From the human T2T-CHM13v2.0 reference genome, Homo sapiens: 64,000 nt of DNA. The notes under the pieces were generated by a model, which worked only from the letters and a program-made list of their open reading frames with translations, was not told the DNA's origin and did not search any database. The position numbers and the translations under genes were made by a program. The DNA is taken from the NCBI RefSeq assembly GCF_009914755.1, contig NC_060927.1; one strand, written 5' to 3'. Below, one piece after another: positions 41,110 through 55,180 of this stretch (position 1 is the stretch's first letter; every line of letters starts with the position of its first letter).

Positions 41110-41555
41110 CTATATAAGTCAAGATGATACTGGTCACAAAGGCACCCAACTGAAAATGGTTAAAAGCAAGAAAGTTTGGGGTTTTGTGTTTGGGTTTGGT
41201 GAGAGGTGGGTTAGCTCCTTAACAAGACAGGCTGTGGACATTTCCATCTTAAGCACAGCTAGCTTGAGGGCCTCCAGTGATGCCAAAACAGCTTTTTAAT
41301 TTTCATTTTTGTTTTTATCTCTGCCTGTCTATGTCTGGCTCCATTTTTCAGGCAGAAATTTTATAAGCATCAGAGGAAACAGCCACTGGCAACCCCAGAC
41401 ATACAATCCCAGCAGAAACAGTGTTTCTCCCTCACCACATTTAAAGAATATTTTCAGAGAGGATTGGTGGTCTGCCTTGGGTCACATTCCAACTGCCCCA
41501 GCCAAATAGGATGTCATTAGTAGTCCAGCCAGGACCGTGTGGCTATCCTGGTGAC

Positions 41556-41608
<53 letters not shown>

Positions 41609-42000
41609 TGTGGCCAGTGGAAGGAGGGCAGACCTTAATTGGTAGGTTCAACAGGACCACATGGAATGGGGCAAGAGTTCCCCTAAGGCAAGGGGTGCTA
41701 TTATCACTGGAAAAGGGAGGTGGCAGGCATTCTGAGAGCACACAACATAGCAGCAACAGCCGACTACAATCCACCCCTTGGCTACTCAGAAGAGAAACAC
41801 ACGCTCTCACCATGCATAAAATCTCAAAACTCTTCCTTGCTTAAATTATGCTTTCATCCCACGTACATCCAAAATACATTCCCCTCCCCGAAGGGAGACA
41901 ACCCAAATCACATTGAGATAACGTCAGCAGCTCCTAGTCCCGGATCTCTGAGCAATGCACCTTCCTCTAATGTGTTCTCACTGTGACCCTTTGTCTGACA
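41110..42000 (-). mobile_element. Old MLT1 LTR plus start of MLT internal sequence
   Basis: 'gattggtggtctgccttgggtcacat...gattggtagg...' followed by the 'tccaccccttggc' LTR/internal junction. Confidence 0.45.
41559..41606 (+). repeat. (GT)24 microsatellite
   Basis: Perfect dinucleotide run. Confidence 0.97.
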
Positions 42001-43763
42001 AGCTGTGCCTTAGTTATGGATCTGAACCCCTCCACACACCCTGTATAGAATGCCCACCTGTGCACTTAGAAACTGTGAGCTTGTACAGCACCTTTCTCTC
42101 ATCCTCTCCACCTCTTCAGTACTGCACCAGGAGAGTTCCTCATTCCATGGTCACATTCACCAAGCCACCTTCAGAGGTGGCGACTCGCTGCTCAGCCTGC
42201 CACTAAACCCTGACTTCAACGGCTTTATTCCAGAGACCTGTATCTGGCTCTTTTCCACACTGTTACTGTCTTAAACCTGCCCCTCTGAAGATGTTAATTC
42301 TACTTTTCTCTTTGTGCTGCTAGCTGCATCTCCCTGGGTGTTAGTTCCTAGTTATTGAATGCTGTATTTCGGTTTGCTGACTTGGGATGGATGCTCATGT
42401 TTGTAGATGAGATTATGGTTTCCCCGGTTGCCTCTGTTTACTGTGGCGGTGGGGGTGGGGCCGGGGTCCCCCCTGGAACCCCCGTTTCTCTCAGATCCCC
42501 CATCACCAGAGGATTATTCAACGGCCACTCCGCTGCTCCAGCCTGGAGGCAGACATCCTCCCACCTCCCTGTTGACAGGTGTCAGGGAAGAGGGAGGCTG
42601 ACAATTACTCAGACGCCAGCTCTGCACCCAGACACCTGAGCAACTGTCCCCAAGCCTTCTGCTCCTTGTCTGTGAGCCTTGCCTTTAGAACACCGTGGGC
42701 AGCTCCCACCTGGGATTCTTCATCCAGCCAGTCCCTCTGTGTTCAAACTCTCAGGAACTCCTCAGCATCTCTGCCTTGTTTATGGCACTTATTTGGTCAT
42801 TGTTTTCTAGAGCTATTCTGGATTCATGGCAGCGGGAGAGAATGAGAGAGGCAAAGAGACAGAAAGATACTTTCTGTCATTTCCAGGGATCTGGAGCAGG
42901 AGGAGGAGGTGGGGGAGGGGTGTATGCTTAATCTGCCATCTGTATCTTTTCCTTTTTTATCCCCATATAAAAGTATATTACAACAGCTGATAATAAAGGA
43001 TATGCATAGAATAAAATTAAAATAGAAGAACAGAACTGACGAAAGGAAGAGGGGCAAATATTTCAATTATAAGGGTTACAGATTGCAGCCATAAACTACC
43101 CAGTGGCCAGAGTAAAGAGTGGAACTAGACTGTGAGCTCCCAGAGATCAAAGACGGTGTCCCAGCCACCTCAGTGTGCTTAGCCCTGGGCCGATCATAAC
43201 CCAAGCAGTTTTTCAATAAACTTTTGGTGAATGAACACATGTAACCACTTGATTCTTCATCAAGCAACCCTGCCCTTGTTAACTGGTAAGAACACAGCAT
43301 AAGATTTCATCGGTAGTGATATTGTTTTTCCTGCCAGTAAATCAAAAGCCATTTATTATATATAACATCATGGATAGGGTGCTTGACTGCTGCTGAGAAG
43401 AAGCAGGAAATATTGTTGTGACCAGTTTTCAAATGATCTTTGACAAAACCGGAGAGTGGAACAGACAAACCCCAGGGAGGCTGCTCTCGACCTCTGCTGT
43501 CCAGTGGCCCCTCCGCAGGGCTGCCCTGCCCAGTCCGCTCTGGCCAGGGGAGTGGAGCAGGAGGTGATGACCCTCACCACACCCTCCCTCCCCGCAGCGC
43601 TCGAATCTGAAGAGGGACAGCTCTTTCTGTACTGTTCATGACCTAAGACACTCGACTTCATTCAACTGAGCCGGGTCTTGCCGAAGCTGCTCCTATCTGC
43701 TCCCTGGTGCTTGGACAAGAAGACAAAGGCCCTGAGTGCTGGTCCTGGGCATTCCATGGACTC

Positions 43764-44673
43764 TCACACAGTCACTGCTTCGGTCCCGCCTTTATTCTTG
43801 TGCAGGAAGGTTGTGCAGCCCCTCCTCAGAGCCAGGCCTTGTGCAGGACATGAGACACAGGGAGCCCAGTGAGACCTCCGCCCTTCAAGAGCCATGGTGT
43901 GATGAAGAATGTAATTTGCATAGGAGGCTCCATTTCCTCCTCTGTAGAACAGGGATGACGATGTCTGTGTCCTGGAACCCTCAGGTGGTGGTGATCGGCA
44001 CACATCTACTCTCAGCTTCCCAAGGCTCTGGGAGGGGATCAGGGATTTTATACACATGCCCAGCCCTCATCCCCTAGAGCTGCCTCACTGCCTGCCCTGG
44101 CGGTTTGGATAGGGCAGTGCATTGGGAAAGTGGATTCCAGTACCCGAGGGGAAGACTCCACTTCCATTAAGTTTCGCTTTATAAGCTAAACACTCTATGT
44201 CACCTGTAGTTAAGTTGTCTCTTTGAAGATTAAGTAGAGGTTTCCTCTCTTAGGGCAGGTGGAGGAGAGGAGAGGAATGCTAATGGGCTGATTCTCCTTC
44301 GAGGCCGAGGCCGAGGCCGGGGCTGAGGGTCCCCTTCATGGCCCTGCCTGCTAGAGGCTGTTGGGCTGTGCAGGAGGCAGCCTTGAGCAGGGGACACCTC
44401 CAGGGCAATCCTGAGGTGCATCTCAGCTCAGCCTCTTGCTACCTCTGGACTTGTCTTTGTCTCAGTTTTCCCATCTGTAAAATGGGCATTAATATTCTTT
44501 TGCCTTAAGTATGCAGAAATGTGAATATGGCTCCCCCGACAAAGTACCCACCTGTGGGAGGAGGTGTTCCCCTGGAGTGGGCGTGTCTCCTCGCTGGTCC
44601 TCCTCACCTTCTTTTTCACAAAAGAGGCAGCCAGGGAGCACAGCAGATGGGCGGCTGTGACCCAGACCCACAT
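43764..44673 (-). other. Putative two-exon transcript (lncRNA or small ORF): join(44673-44608, 44027-43764), 109 aa
   Basis: ATG at 44673; donor AAG|GTGAGG at 44608/44607; acceptor ccctgatcccctcccag|A at 44028/44027; phase-0 join; minus-strand AATAAA at 43357-43352. No recognisable domain. Confidence 0.5.
44400..44525 (+). mobile_element. MIR fragment
   Basis: 'tctcagttttcccatctgtaaaatgggcattaata'. Confidence 0.8.
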
Positions 44674-44879
44674 AAGGATGACATGGCACAGTCTCCTAGT
44701 GTCACATGCTGATGGCCCTGTAGCAATAGTTCTGCAAGAAGCTGTGAATTTGCATTACGTGAGGAACTTGTAGAAAAAGGCAAATTTTACAAAGTATATG
44801 GTATACAGATAATAAGATTTTCTAGTGTTTCAAAATTGAAGCATTAAGGGTAAACGCTTAGACAAAGATTTGTTAAAAC

Positions 44880-45630
<751 letters not shown>

Positions 45631-45861
45631 AAATGTTTGTCTCCTCAAATTAGTAAAAGATTCACACAAAAGACAGAGAAGCTGACTTTGTCTCTGATAG
45701 AAAACATCTCAGAATGACGTCCTCTGTTGTGGAAACAGATCACTAGGACTATTCAATTGTTTAAATCTCCAGCAGCATATCTAAACATTTGTCATTGTTT
45801 AAAAAAAAAAAAAAAAAAGATGCCCCTGGCCAAGCCCTGCTCTAGGCTATCGAGAGTCCCT

Positions 45862-46590
45862 CACCCAGCAGTGTCCATCCCCCCGCGGCATCCATCCCCC
45901 TGGCAGTGTCATCCACCCAGCAGTGTCATTCCCCCAGAGGTGTCATCCCCCCGCCAATGTCACTCACCCGGCAGTGTCATCCCCCCGCCAGTGTCACCCA
46001 CCCACCGGTGTCGCCCATCAAGCAGTATCATCCCCCCACCAGTGTCATCCCCTTGCCAGTGACACCCACCCACCAGTGTCATCCCCCACCAGTGTCACCA
46101 CCCAAAAGTGTCATTCCCCCACCAGTTTCACCCTCCTGTCAGTGTCACCCACCCACCAGTGTCACCCCCAGCCAGTGTCACCCACTCAGCAGTGTCACCC
46201 CCAGCCAGTGTCACCCACCCAGCAGTGTCATCCCCCACCAGTGTCACCCATCCAGCAGTGTCATCTCCCCACCAGTTTCCTCCTCCTGCCAGTGTCATCC
46301 CCCTGCCAGTGTCACCCCCTCGCCAGTGTCACCCTCGCCAGTGTCACCCCCACCAGTGTCACCCCTGCCAGTGTCATCCCTCCACCAGTGTCACCCACCT
46401 GCCAGTGTCACCCCCTCCCAGTGCCACCCACCTGCCAGTGTCACTTGCTTGTCAGTGTCATCCCACCCACCAGTGTCATCCCCCCGCCAGTGTCACCCAC
46501 CCACCAGTGTCATCTACCTGGTGGTGTCATCCCCCCGACAGTGTCACCCACCCGACAGTGTCATCCACCCAGCAATGTCACCCACCCAGC
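45862..46590. repeat. Degenerate C-rich minisatellite, about 42 units of 15-19 bp, core CCAGTGTCA(T/C)CC
   Basis: Repeated 'cagtgtca' cores separated by C-rich spacers. Confidence 0.95.
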
Positions 46591-47239
46591 TAGCACTTGC
46601 AGTGCAAACGGGTTTTGGACCCCTGCCTGTGCTTCCCCTGCCCCTGGGGACCTGGGAGTGTCCCATTTTGCATCTTCGTTTGCCCTCCCTGGTTTCTCCT
46701 GGGCTCTCTGCTGGCCCTCTTGTCTCCAGGCCTAGGTCCCCAGATAGCTCTCTGTCTTGTTCACCCCACACTGGGGTCCAGTAGTAATACCCACTGTGTC
46801 CGTTCCCTGGTGTTCTGTATCCCTTCCACCCCGCCTTGTCTGCCACTCCTGAGCCATGTTGTCTTCCAGAAAATGCTACAAAGACAGCCATCTCTCTGGA
46901 TCCCCCAACTCATCCCCCGGCTTCTACCATCCCTGCTCCCCAGCTCCACCCAGAAGACGCTGGCAGGGCATAGAGCCTTCGCAGGACACAGGTCTGTCTC
47001 ACTCAAATCCTCCTCCTCTCCCTGTGGTGAGTTGCAAATAAAAAGGTCACAAATGTCTTTACTCCCCTATGCTCACCCCCTTGCAAGATGACCGTGTGCT
47101 CTGCTTCTCCCGTCAGGAGAGTAGGGGCTCCTTCCTTCTACCCCCCAGCCTGGGCCTGGCCAAGGGGACGCTAGCAAATGATGCAAGAAGAGACTGGAAA
47201 AGAGCCTGGCTTTACAGCCCTCCTTGACTGCCCAGGGAA

Positions 47240-47470
47240 GAAGCCTGGGCTGGGCTTCTTGAGGATAGAAGACTGGCACCCAGCCCCGGGCCTCTCAGCG
47301 GCCACCCAGACATGTGAGCGAGGCTGCCACAATGATCCAGCCCCAGCTGAGCCCACGGAGACCAGAACTCCCCGGGCAACCCACAGAACAATGAAAAAAT
47401 TACTGTCGGTTGTGCTGCCTTTGGCCCCTGGGTTTTGGGAAGGCTTGCTATGCCATGAAAGCTAACTGAC
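47240..47470 (+). mobile_element. MLT1 LTR 3' fragment
   Basis: 'ccagacatgtgag...ccagccccagctga...acccacagaa...gggttttgggaaggcttgctatgc...gctaactga'. Confidence 0.6.
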
Positions 47471-47652
47471 GTACCCCCTCCTGCTTCTCCAGCCCCAGAG
47501 ACTCTGTTTCCTCCTGAGAGGGAGAAGCTGTCACTGGCTCCACACCTGCTCCTTCACGTCTCTGAGAAGCTTTGAGACCCTCAGGGCATTTGATAGGGGC
47601 ACACCAGGCTCTTGCAAATTAAAAGCATTGACTCCTGAAATGGAAAAACTAA

Positions 47653-48019
<367 letters not shown>

Positions 48020-48109
48020 CATGGTCAGGTTTTAATAGGGGAATAACTACTAGTCAAAGAGGAATTAGGATAGACAAAAAAATAATTTTTAACACACCAA
48101 AATACGATC

Positions 48110-48660
48110 TCATCACATACTTATTGAGTGCCCGCTAGACTCCGGATGCCTGGTAGGAGCCAAGGACACAATGAAGGCGAGGAGACCCAGACCCCACTCT
48201 CCTGGGCTCTCTGTCTGGCCTGGGATCCAGCTAGCCCTCAGGTCACCACAAGAATGGTGACTCATCCATCCATTCACTCTTCCGCTCGCATGGCAAGTAT
48301 TTCCTGAGTCCCTACAGTGCGCCAGGAACTCTAAGAGTCACAGGGCATACCACCGTGAGAGCACCAAGATGTGCAAGCCCCTCGGGAGAGGGGACAGGGC
48401 AGGGTCATCCCATCTGGGGCCAGGAAGGGCTTCCTGAGCCAGTGCAGATGACGCTCAAACCCAAAGAATGTGATGCAGTTAACTGGACAAAGACTTGGTA
48501 GTGGGGTGCAGGGGAGCAGAGGAGAACGTTCTAGAAGTGCTAAGGCCCAGCAGTGGCTGGGAGGGCCTGAAAGAAGGCCAGAGTGTCTGGGGAACACAGA
48601 TGTGGGGGAGCCCTGGTGGGAGCCTGGAGGAATGGGCAGGGCCAGCTTGAAGGGTGTCCT
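48110..48660. mobile_element. L2 fragments
   Basis: 'acatacttattgagtgccc', 'catccatccattcac...aagtatttcctgag...gtgcgccagg', 'caggaagggcttcctgag'. Confidence 0.55.
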
Positions 48661-51189
48661 TGGACCCTGAGTGAGGATTCCAAAGGCTTTTGGGGAGACC
48701 AGGTGGGCATTAACCCCGTCAGGCCACTCCCACCTGCTCCACCTGGTTCCAGGTACCAGAGACACCCCATCAGCAGGCACAGGGGCCCCAGCAGCAGCCA
48801 CATCTCCACAGCCTGACCTCCCACCCCCACAGCTCACCCCAAGCCCAGGTGTTCTGAAAACAGCCCACACCTCTGCACCCCCAGCGTAGCCCACCCTTTT
48901 GGTCCTCTTCTTGTTAAAAGACTTACCCTAAAGAGGCAGCTCAGACTCCACCTCCTCCAGGAAGGCTTTTCTGATGCTGTGCAACCCCAAGCTGGATGCT
49001 ACTGATGGTTTGTGCTGGCAGAGCTGCCCCTATGTCCCTTGATTCTATTCCTGTATCACTATTGACAGTCCCACAGAGCAGTGACATCCCCGGGTCAGGG
49101 GCTCTGCACTCACCTGGGATGCTCGACCCTGCATGGGTCACAGTGGCAGCTCCAGAACCGCTAGGTAGGGTGGGGGCTAAATCCCGGCAGGCCGGGTGTC
49201 ACTATGCTGTGCTGCATTGGCACTGTGTTCTCCTTACACAGGTGACCTGGGCAGGGGCTCTGAGGAGCCGGTGGCGAGTCTGAGGTCTCAAGTGCCCAGG
49301 CCCTGTGTGCAGCTACAGAGTTAGGGGCCGGCAAGTGCAGGATTGGCTGTGGAGAGGCACAGGCTGAATTTGGCCCAGCGTAAGCGTTCTGGGAATGTGT
49401 GGTGTTGCTACTGGGACTTGGGCTGCCTTGGGTGTGGCTGCATACCGTGGGCCCAGGGAGGTGGGGAGTGGGGACTGCGGGGAGTCTGGGGAGTCACTGA
49501 AGATGCAGGTGCTGAAAGACACAGCCATCTTCAGGCAAGCCCGGGCTGAAGGGTGCAGGAACTCAGACTGTCCTGGGGGTTGGGGTGTTTCCCAGAGGTG
49601 CTCGTGCTGGGTAAAGGCCAGGGGCAAAGGGAGGAAGCCCAGCCCAGGGTTCGTCCATGCCACACCTCAGGGTCAGGCTCCCAGGGAGCCATGCTGAGCA
49701 TGGCAGTGAGCACAGAGGTTGGAGCACCACGTCCTGGGGCCCACACCTTCACCTCTTCATCCATAATAGACACAGTGGGACCCCCTGGCCAGTGGGGAGG
49801 AGGAGGCACAGAGGCTGCGGGAAGCTCCCAGCACAGGACCCTGGGCTCCATAGTGTGGGTGCCGTTTCCTGCAGAACAGGGACTCAGACATGGACAACCA
49901 AAAGTTATCAGAATTGGGGTGCTTAGTAGGGACTAGATCCTGTACAGCCAGCCAAAGAGTAACTAAGCGCCCACTGTGTTACAAGTGCTTTGTCTACTTA
50001 GAGGTGAAGGCACTTACCTCTGTGGCAGATGCAGGGATGTGCCTCAGACCTGCTTCATGGAAGGATACACTGCCCAGCTGCTAGGGGCTGTAACCAGACG
50101 TGCTCAGCATCACCCCCAGTTGCAGACAGACAGCACCCCTGTGCCATCCTCCCCAGGCCCATGTCCTATGACTGAGCCACACAGGCCTGGACAACCCCCT
50201 GCTCAGGACAGCTCTGGTCTACTCCAGTCCCAGGCCCAAAGGGAGTCCTGGCTGTCCTTGTGCCAGCAGTGAAGCTCGGTGTCTCCTCTGCCTGCTCCTG
50301 CTCCTCCCTCCCTGCCCCAGACCCGGTCCAGGCCCTCCTGAGAGCCCCTGTAGCTGGTCCCAGGCACCGACACCAGGCTTCCATGGGGCTGATAACCAGC
50401 GGGCGAGGTGACAAAACACCAAGTCAGAGGGAGCTTTCCAGGCTCTGCTGCAGGAGCTGTGCAGGCGAGGCAGAGAGCAGCCTGGGGGTGTCCAGAAGGA
50501 TGTCCCTCGAGGACAGACACTCACATGGAGCCCTGGAGGCTGCAGAGGACACAGCCCTGCTGTGACAGCCAGGAAACAGTATCCCAAGCCATGGGGACAG
50601 CAAAGGCTAGGCCGAGGTCTGATGCAGGAGGAGCTGGAGGGCAGAGGGCGGGCGGAGCACCGCCTCGGGAACGAAACAGCTGGGGAACCTGGAGGGCACC
50701 TGGATGGTTACCTCTAGGTCACTGTGGAACTGATCTGCCTGCATCCTCCCTCCTGTTTCTGGGGCTGGCCAAGGCACGCTGGAGCTGGGGCTGGGGCTGG
50801 GGCTGGGGCTGGAGCTGGCAGGCCGAGGTTCCCACCCCACAGGCACCGGAGATGAGTTGGTAAGAAAAGGGCACCCTCTGGCTGCACTGATTCTGCTGAG
50901 GGCTCGGAGGCTCATCTCCCTGGGGGCAGCCCCGGGCGCAGCTGCTCTAAAATCACCCACTCAGCCATTTCACAGGCAGAAATCCTTCGCTTCAGGCATT
51001 TGCATCCAAAGCTGTCCGCAGCCTACTCCCCACCGTGGCTGGGTTTAATCTGCTAGCACTGGGGCTGTGGGGCTGGGACAATTAATTAAAGATCCCAGGG
51101 AGCAGCCAGCTCTCATTAAGTCCTGCATCAGATGGGAGGGGTGCTGGGGAAGAACACTCTTGCCGAGACTGCACTTTTGCCCCAGCCAA

Positions 51190-51370
51190 GTATTTTCTCA
51201 TCTATTATCTCCATCGATCCTGGCCGCGGCTCTAAGAAGAGGGGATTATTATCACCATTTTGCAAGTGCAGAAATGGAGACTCGGGTTAAGTTGTGTGTT
51301 AGAGTCTCCCAGCTCCAAAGCAGTGGGGCTGAGATCCACACCGGGCACACTCGGGCTCTCTCAGGATCTC
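51190..51370 (-). mobile_element. MIR fragment
   Basis: 'gattattatcaccattttgcaagtgcagaaatggagactc'. Confidence 0.7.
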
Positions 51371-51679
51371 CCTGGAGGTAGGAAGAGCAACACTGCAGTG
51401 ATGCTCAGGAGACCATGCAGGCTCCACTCCCCAGGGCTGCAGAGAATGGGTCCCAGAGGGAGCTAGGGAGGACAAATCGGGTTCCTGGAAGGCACCTTTG
51501 ACCCTCAGATGCTATGGGGGTGTAAACTTTCTTCACTGAGGAAGAATTTGTGATTTCCCCCAACATGGGGAAGGGGCAGAGAATTCCCTGGGCATGGCTG
51601 GGGCTGACTCTGTGCTGGCCACTCCTGGGGACCCAGAGATGTGTCTTCCTCCCTCCTCACCTGTGCAGAGGAGTTGTCC

Positions 51680-52134
51680 AAAGACAACCATGACAAGATC
51701 TCCTGTCCCACCTTCTCTTCTTACAAATGACTGGGATTGATGGGTTTTGTAGCTGTTTAAACCAACAGATATGGCAGAAGTGATGCTCTTTGACTTCCAA
51801 GCCTGGATCATAAAACCTGGATCATGGTGTCTGCTCCCTGGAGAACAAGCCCTAGAAGCCCTGAGCCACCACATTGGCAGTCCAGCTGCCTAAGGCCACC
51901 ATGCTGAGAGGAAGTCCAAATAGCCCAGGCTCAGAGACACACAGAGGAGCCCTAAGACCATGCAGAGACACAGCCAGCCCAGCTGCACCCACCTCTGCAC
52001 TTGGCAGCAACCACACGGGAGATGCTGAGCCAGCCCAGTCCAGCACCACCCACCAGAGACAACAATGTGACTGCTGTTGTCTTAAGGCACTGTTTTGTTG
52101 GTGCTTTGTCATCCCGCAAGAGTCACTGGGAACA
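51680..52134 (+). mobile_element. MLT1F-like LTR
   Basis: 'atggcagaagtgatgct...tgacttccaag...gccaccatgctgagaggaag...tgttgtcttaaggcact...ggaaca'. Confidence 0.75.
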
Positions 52135-52929
52135 GCATCTCTGAGGGAGAGGGACAGGCAGACCAGGGAAGTGTGGTTGCAGAGTGATATAGAAGCAGAT
52201 GCCCTGCAAGACAGAAGTAGGTGGCCCCAGGGGATGGGAGTGGGGTCTAAAGGAGGCAGAGGGTTCCTACCAGGGCCCCCAGGGGAAGGCCCAGAGTCAG
52301 GAAGGGCCTAAATGGCCTAAACGCTAGTGGCCGGCACCCCGGGGTGAATTCAGAACAGAGGTGCAGATTCAGTCACCAGAGTCCATGCAGCAGAGACATC
52401 CACAGGGGCTCCAGCCTGGAGTGAAGTCAGGCCAAGCTTTAGAAAGTGAATGCTGACCACTGTGGGAGGGACAGAGAGGAAAAGCTGAAGGTGATAGGGA
52501 AGATTTTTTCCAAAACACCCCCTGGAAGCAGAGTCTTCAGGGAGCTGCAGGAGCTCTTGGCATCTCCAGCCCTGTGCTGGTGTGAATGTCTTCAGGACAT
52601 GATAGAAACAAGCTGGAGAATGCAAGGACCACAACAGGTGGTGTGGCCTTAAGGTGGAGCCTCCATATGTCCACACCACCCCCAGTGATAACCGGGGGGT
52701 GCCTTCCATGTGACAACCACAATCTCTCTATCCTGCCTCACCCCTCACTGTTCTGGAAAGGCCCCAAATCTCAAAGCCCAGGAGAGGGGACACTAGGTGG
52801 GGGCCTGAAAGCAAGGCATGTCCCAGGGCCAAGCCCATAATGCCCATCTGGAGACCCCACCCCACCAGTGCTCTGCTGCCCACAACAACCTGGGAAGCAG
52901 GTGCCATCCCCGGGTGCATTAAGGAAGAG

Positions 52930-53470
52930 CAGAGCACTGAGGATGGATCCAGTGACTGGGACAGAGGTTGGGCAGTTGCAGTGGAGACAATCGCAGCTGA
53001 CCATGTGGCAACAGCATCTGTCCATCATCCTCCATTCGGGGGGCCAGATGGGACCCACCACGGTGCAATCAGAGGCAGGCACCTGATCCAGGCCCAGCCA
53101 ATCAGTGTTTGACTTAGGGATATTGACCTAAGCTGGGCCAATAAAAATCCACTCTGGGAGTTTGGTGAAAATTCTTGGGAAGCAGACATGTTCTTTCTGC
53201 TGGGATGACCAATCTTGTGAAATGAAAACAAAGAGTTGATAATGACCATTTTTGCCACCTCTTTGGGAGTTTTTTTCCTGAGCACTGTGGAGGAAAGCAG
53301 AGCAGAGACAAGGAGAAAAGAGAGAGGGCCAATGACATCACTGAAGCACCTGCATCCAGCCACACCTAAAGTCCACCTCAGACTTTTTTGTTCTATGAGC
53401 CAGTAAATTCCTTTTCTTGTGTAAGCCTTCTGTGCGCATTTGTATGGCTTGCAAACAAAGGGAGAAAAGA
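52930..53470 (+). mobile_element. MLT1K-like LTR
   Basis: 'gacctaagctgggccaat...cacctgcatccagccacacctaaag...atgagccagtaaattcc...ttgcaaacaaag'. Confidence 0.65.
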
Positions 53471-54964
53471 GCAATTACACCTGTAATGAGATGGAAAATC
53501 TTTTCATCTCCAGAATTCCTCTTGGGGACAGCACTGTCTCTGTTTGCAGGAAATATTTTTAAGAGCACTGGTGCTGAAGGTAAGAGTCCAAGGGACCTGG
53601 TTGTGAGAAAAGTACAAGAAAAAGGGAGAGATGTTCTCCCAGCTTTACCAAGGGAGAGGCAGAGGGGAGCAGGTCTTGGTCTGAATTCCCCCGGGCCTGA
53701 CACTACCCCACCCTGGGAGCAAATGATCCTGTCTGTCACAGGAGATAGATGTCACTAAGGCAGAGAGGACAGTTGATGCCCCTCGATGGCGGGACGGCAG
53801 CACTTGGGTGGATGAAGCAGGTGGAGAAAGACATCCTCTGCTGTGCTCCCCACGACGCAGAAGCTGGAGGTGGGCTCAGCCTTTCCGAGGCTCCCTCACA
53901 GTACCAGTTCTGGGTAGGATTTCTGCTTCAGCCACTCACATGCACAGGCTGAGATCCAGAACACAGAAGAGAGCAAGAGGCCCTGCCGGTGCTTTTGCTG
54001 CAGCCGAAACCCAGTGTCTCCATGACGAGCCTTTCAGTGAAAGCAGAGCTTGTTGGGGCCTCCCTCCTGCTGTCCACATCACATCTTGCCTGAGTGCACA
54101 TGGTCACAGCTCCGAGGGTTAAGAGTAGCAATGGGACTTTCGAGGCCTGCTGGTGTGGTTCCAGCAGGAACATCCGGGCTTTCAGATTCCCTGGCTTCCC
54201 TGTGATGGCAGGAGGGCAGGCCCACCGTGGGGCAGTCCTGGAGATCGTGCTGAGAGCCACTCCCCCTACCCACCTGGGCTAAATCCTTCATGCTTAAACA
54301 GTGAAAGTGGCTGGCAGACAGGGAGGCCAGTTCTAGGTCTGAGATACAAGGGAGTGCTTGGCCTCAGACTGCATCATCTGAAAGGCTTGGTCAGTTATTA
54401 GCCCTTGGGTAACCCATCCCCTGAGCACCTGGCTCCCCTAGACAGACTTGGCTAGTCCATCCCCTGCTGGCCTGACCACTCTCCACATGGGTCAGGACCA
54501 CAACCGCTGGCATCCTAAAAGGAAGGGCCCAGTGGCTGTCTCCCTGGGTGGTGCAAGACAGCAGGAGCCTCCGCCAAGCACTCCTCTGGGAGCCTCTGAC
54601 TTGGAGACTGTTTCCTCTCTGCCTGCAAAAGGCAGGACCCAGCTGCCCTGAGAACATCTAGCTGTCCGATGATCCTGCTAGCCATTCTCTGCTGTCAGCT
54701 TCCCCAAAACCTGCCTGGGGTGATGACAAACAATCACTTTTGGGCTCAAAGGGTGGGAGGTACGGAGAGCTTACTGGAGCTGCATCCGCATACCAGGCGT
54801 TGGTGTCACCACAGAAGCTGCTCTTGTGGAGGATGAAGGGCCCACTCTGTTTGCCCTGCTGGGAACGCAGAGAGGTAGAAGATAGACAGGGCCACAGGCT
54901 CCCTGCGGGACCCAAACCTACAATAAAGTCTACAAACCCCCCGCAATGGAAGCAGATGGTTCCA

Positions 54965-55180
54965 ACACAAATCAGTGCTTACTATGTGCTCATGCTTCAC
55001 ATATGTTGAATTCCTTTAATTCTTACAACAGCCCAAGGAGGTAGGCACGATTTTTATCACCATTTACGGAGGAAGAAACGGAGGCACAGGGAGATGAAAT
55101 AACTTGCCCAGGTCACACAGGCAGACGTTAGGGCAGGGGGCAGGAGAAGGATTTGAACACAGTGCGTGGGTGTCCTGGAA
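54965..55180 (-). mobile_element. MIR
   Basis: 'tcttacaacagccc...aggtagg...ccatttacggaggaagaaacggaggcacaggga...aacttgcccaggtcacac'. Confidence 0.85.

Noticed and set aside
45862-46590. miR-141/200a sponge array
   Set aside because: The seed site would be CAGTGTT; the repeat has CAGTGTC, a seed mismatch in essentially every unit.
45906-46784. Pro/His/Cys-rich ORFs of 292, 270 and 161 aa (mucin- or extensin-like)
   Set aside because: They are translations of a C-rich minisatellite whose variable unit length does not preserve frame.
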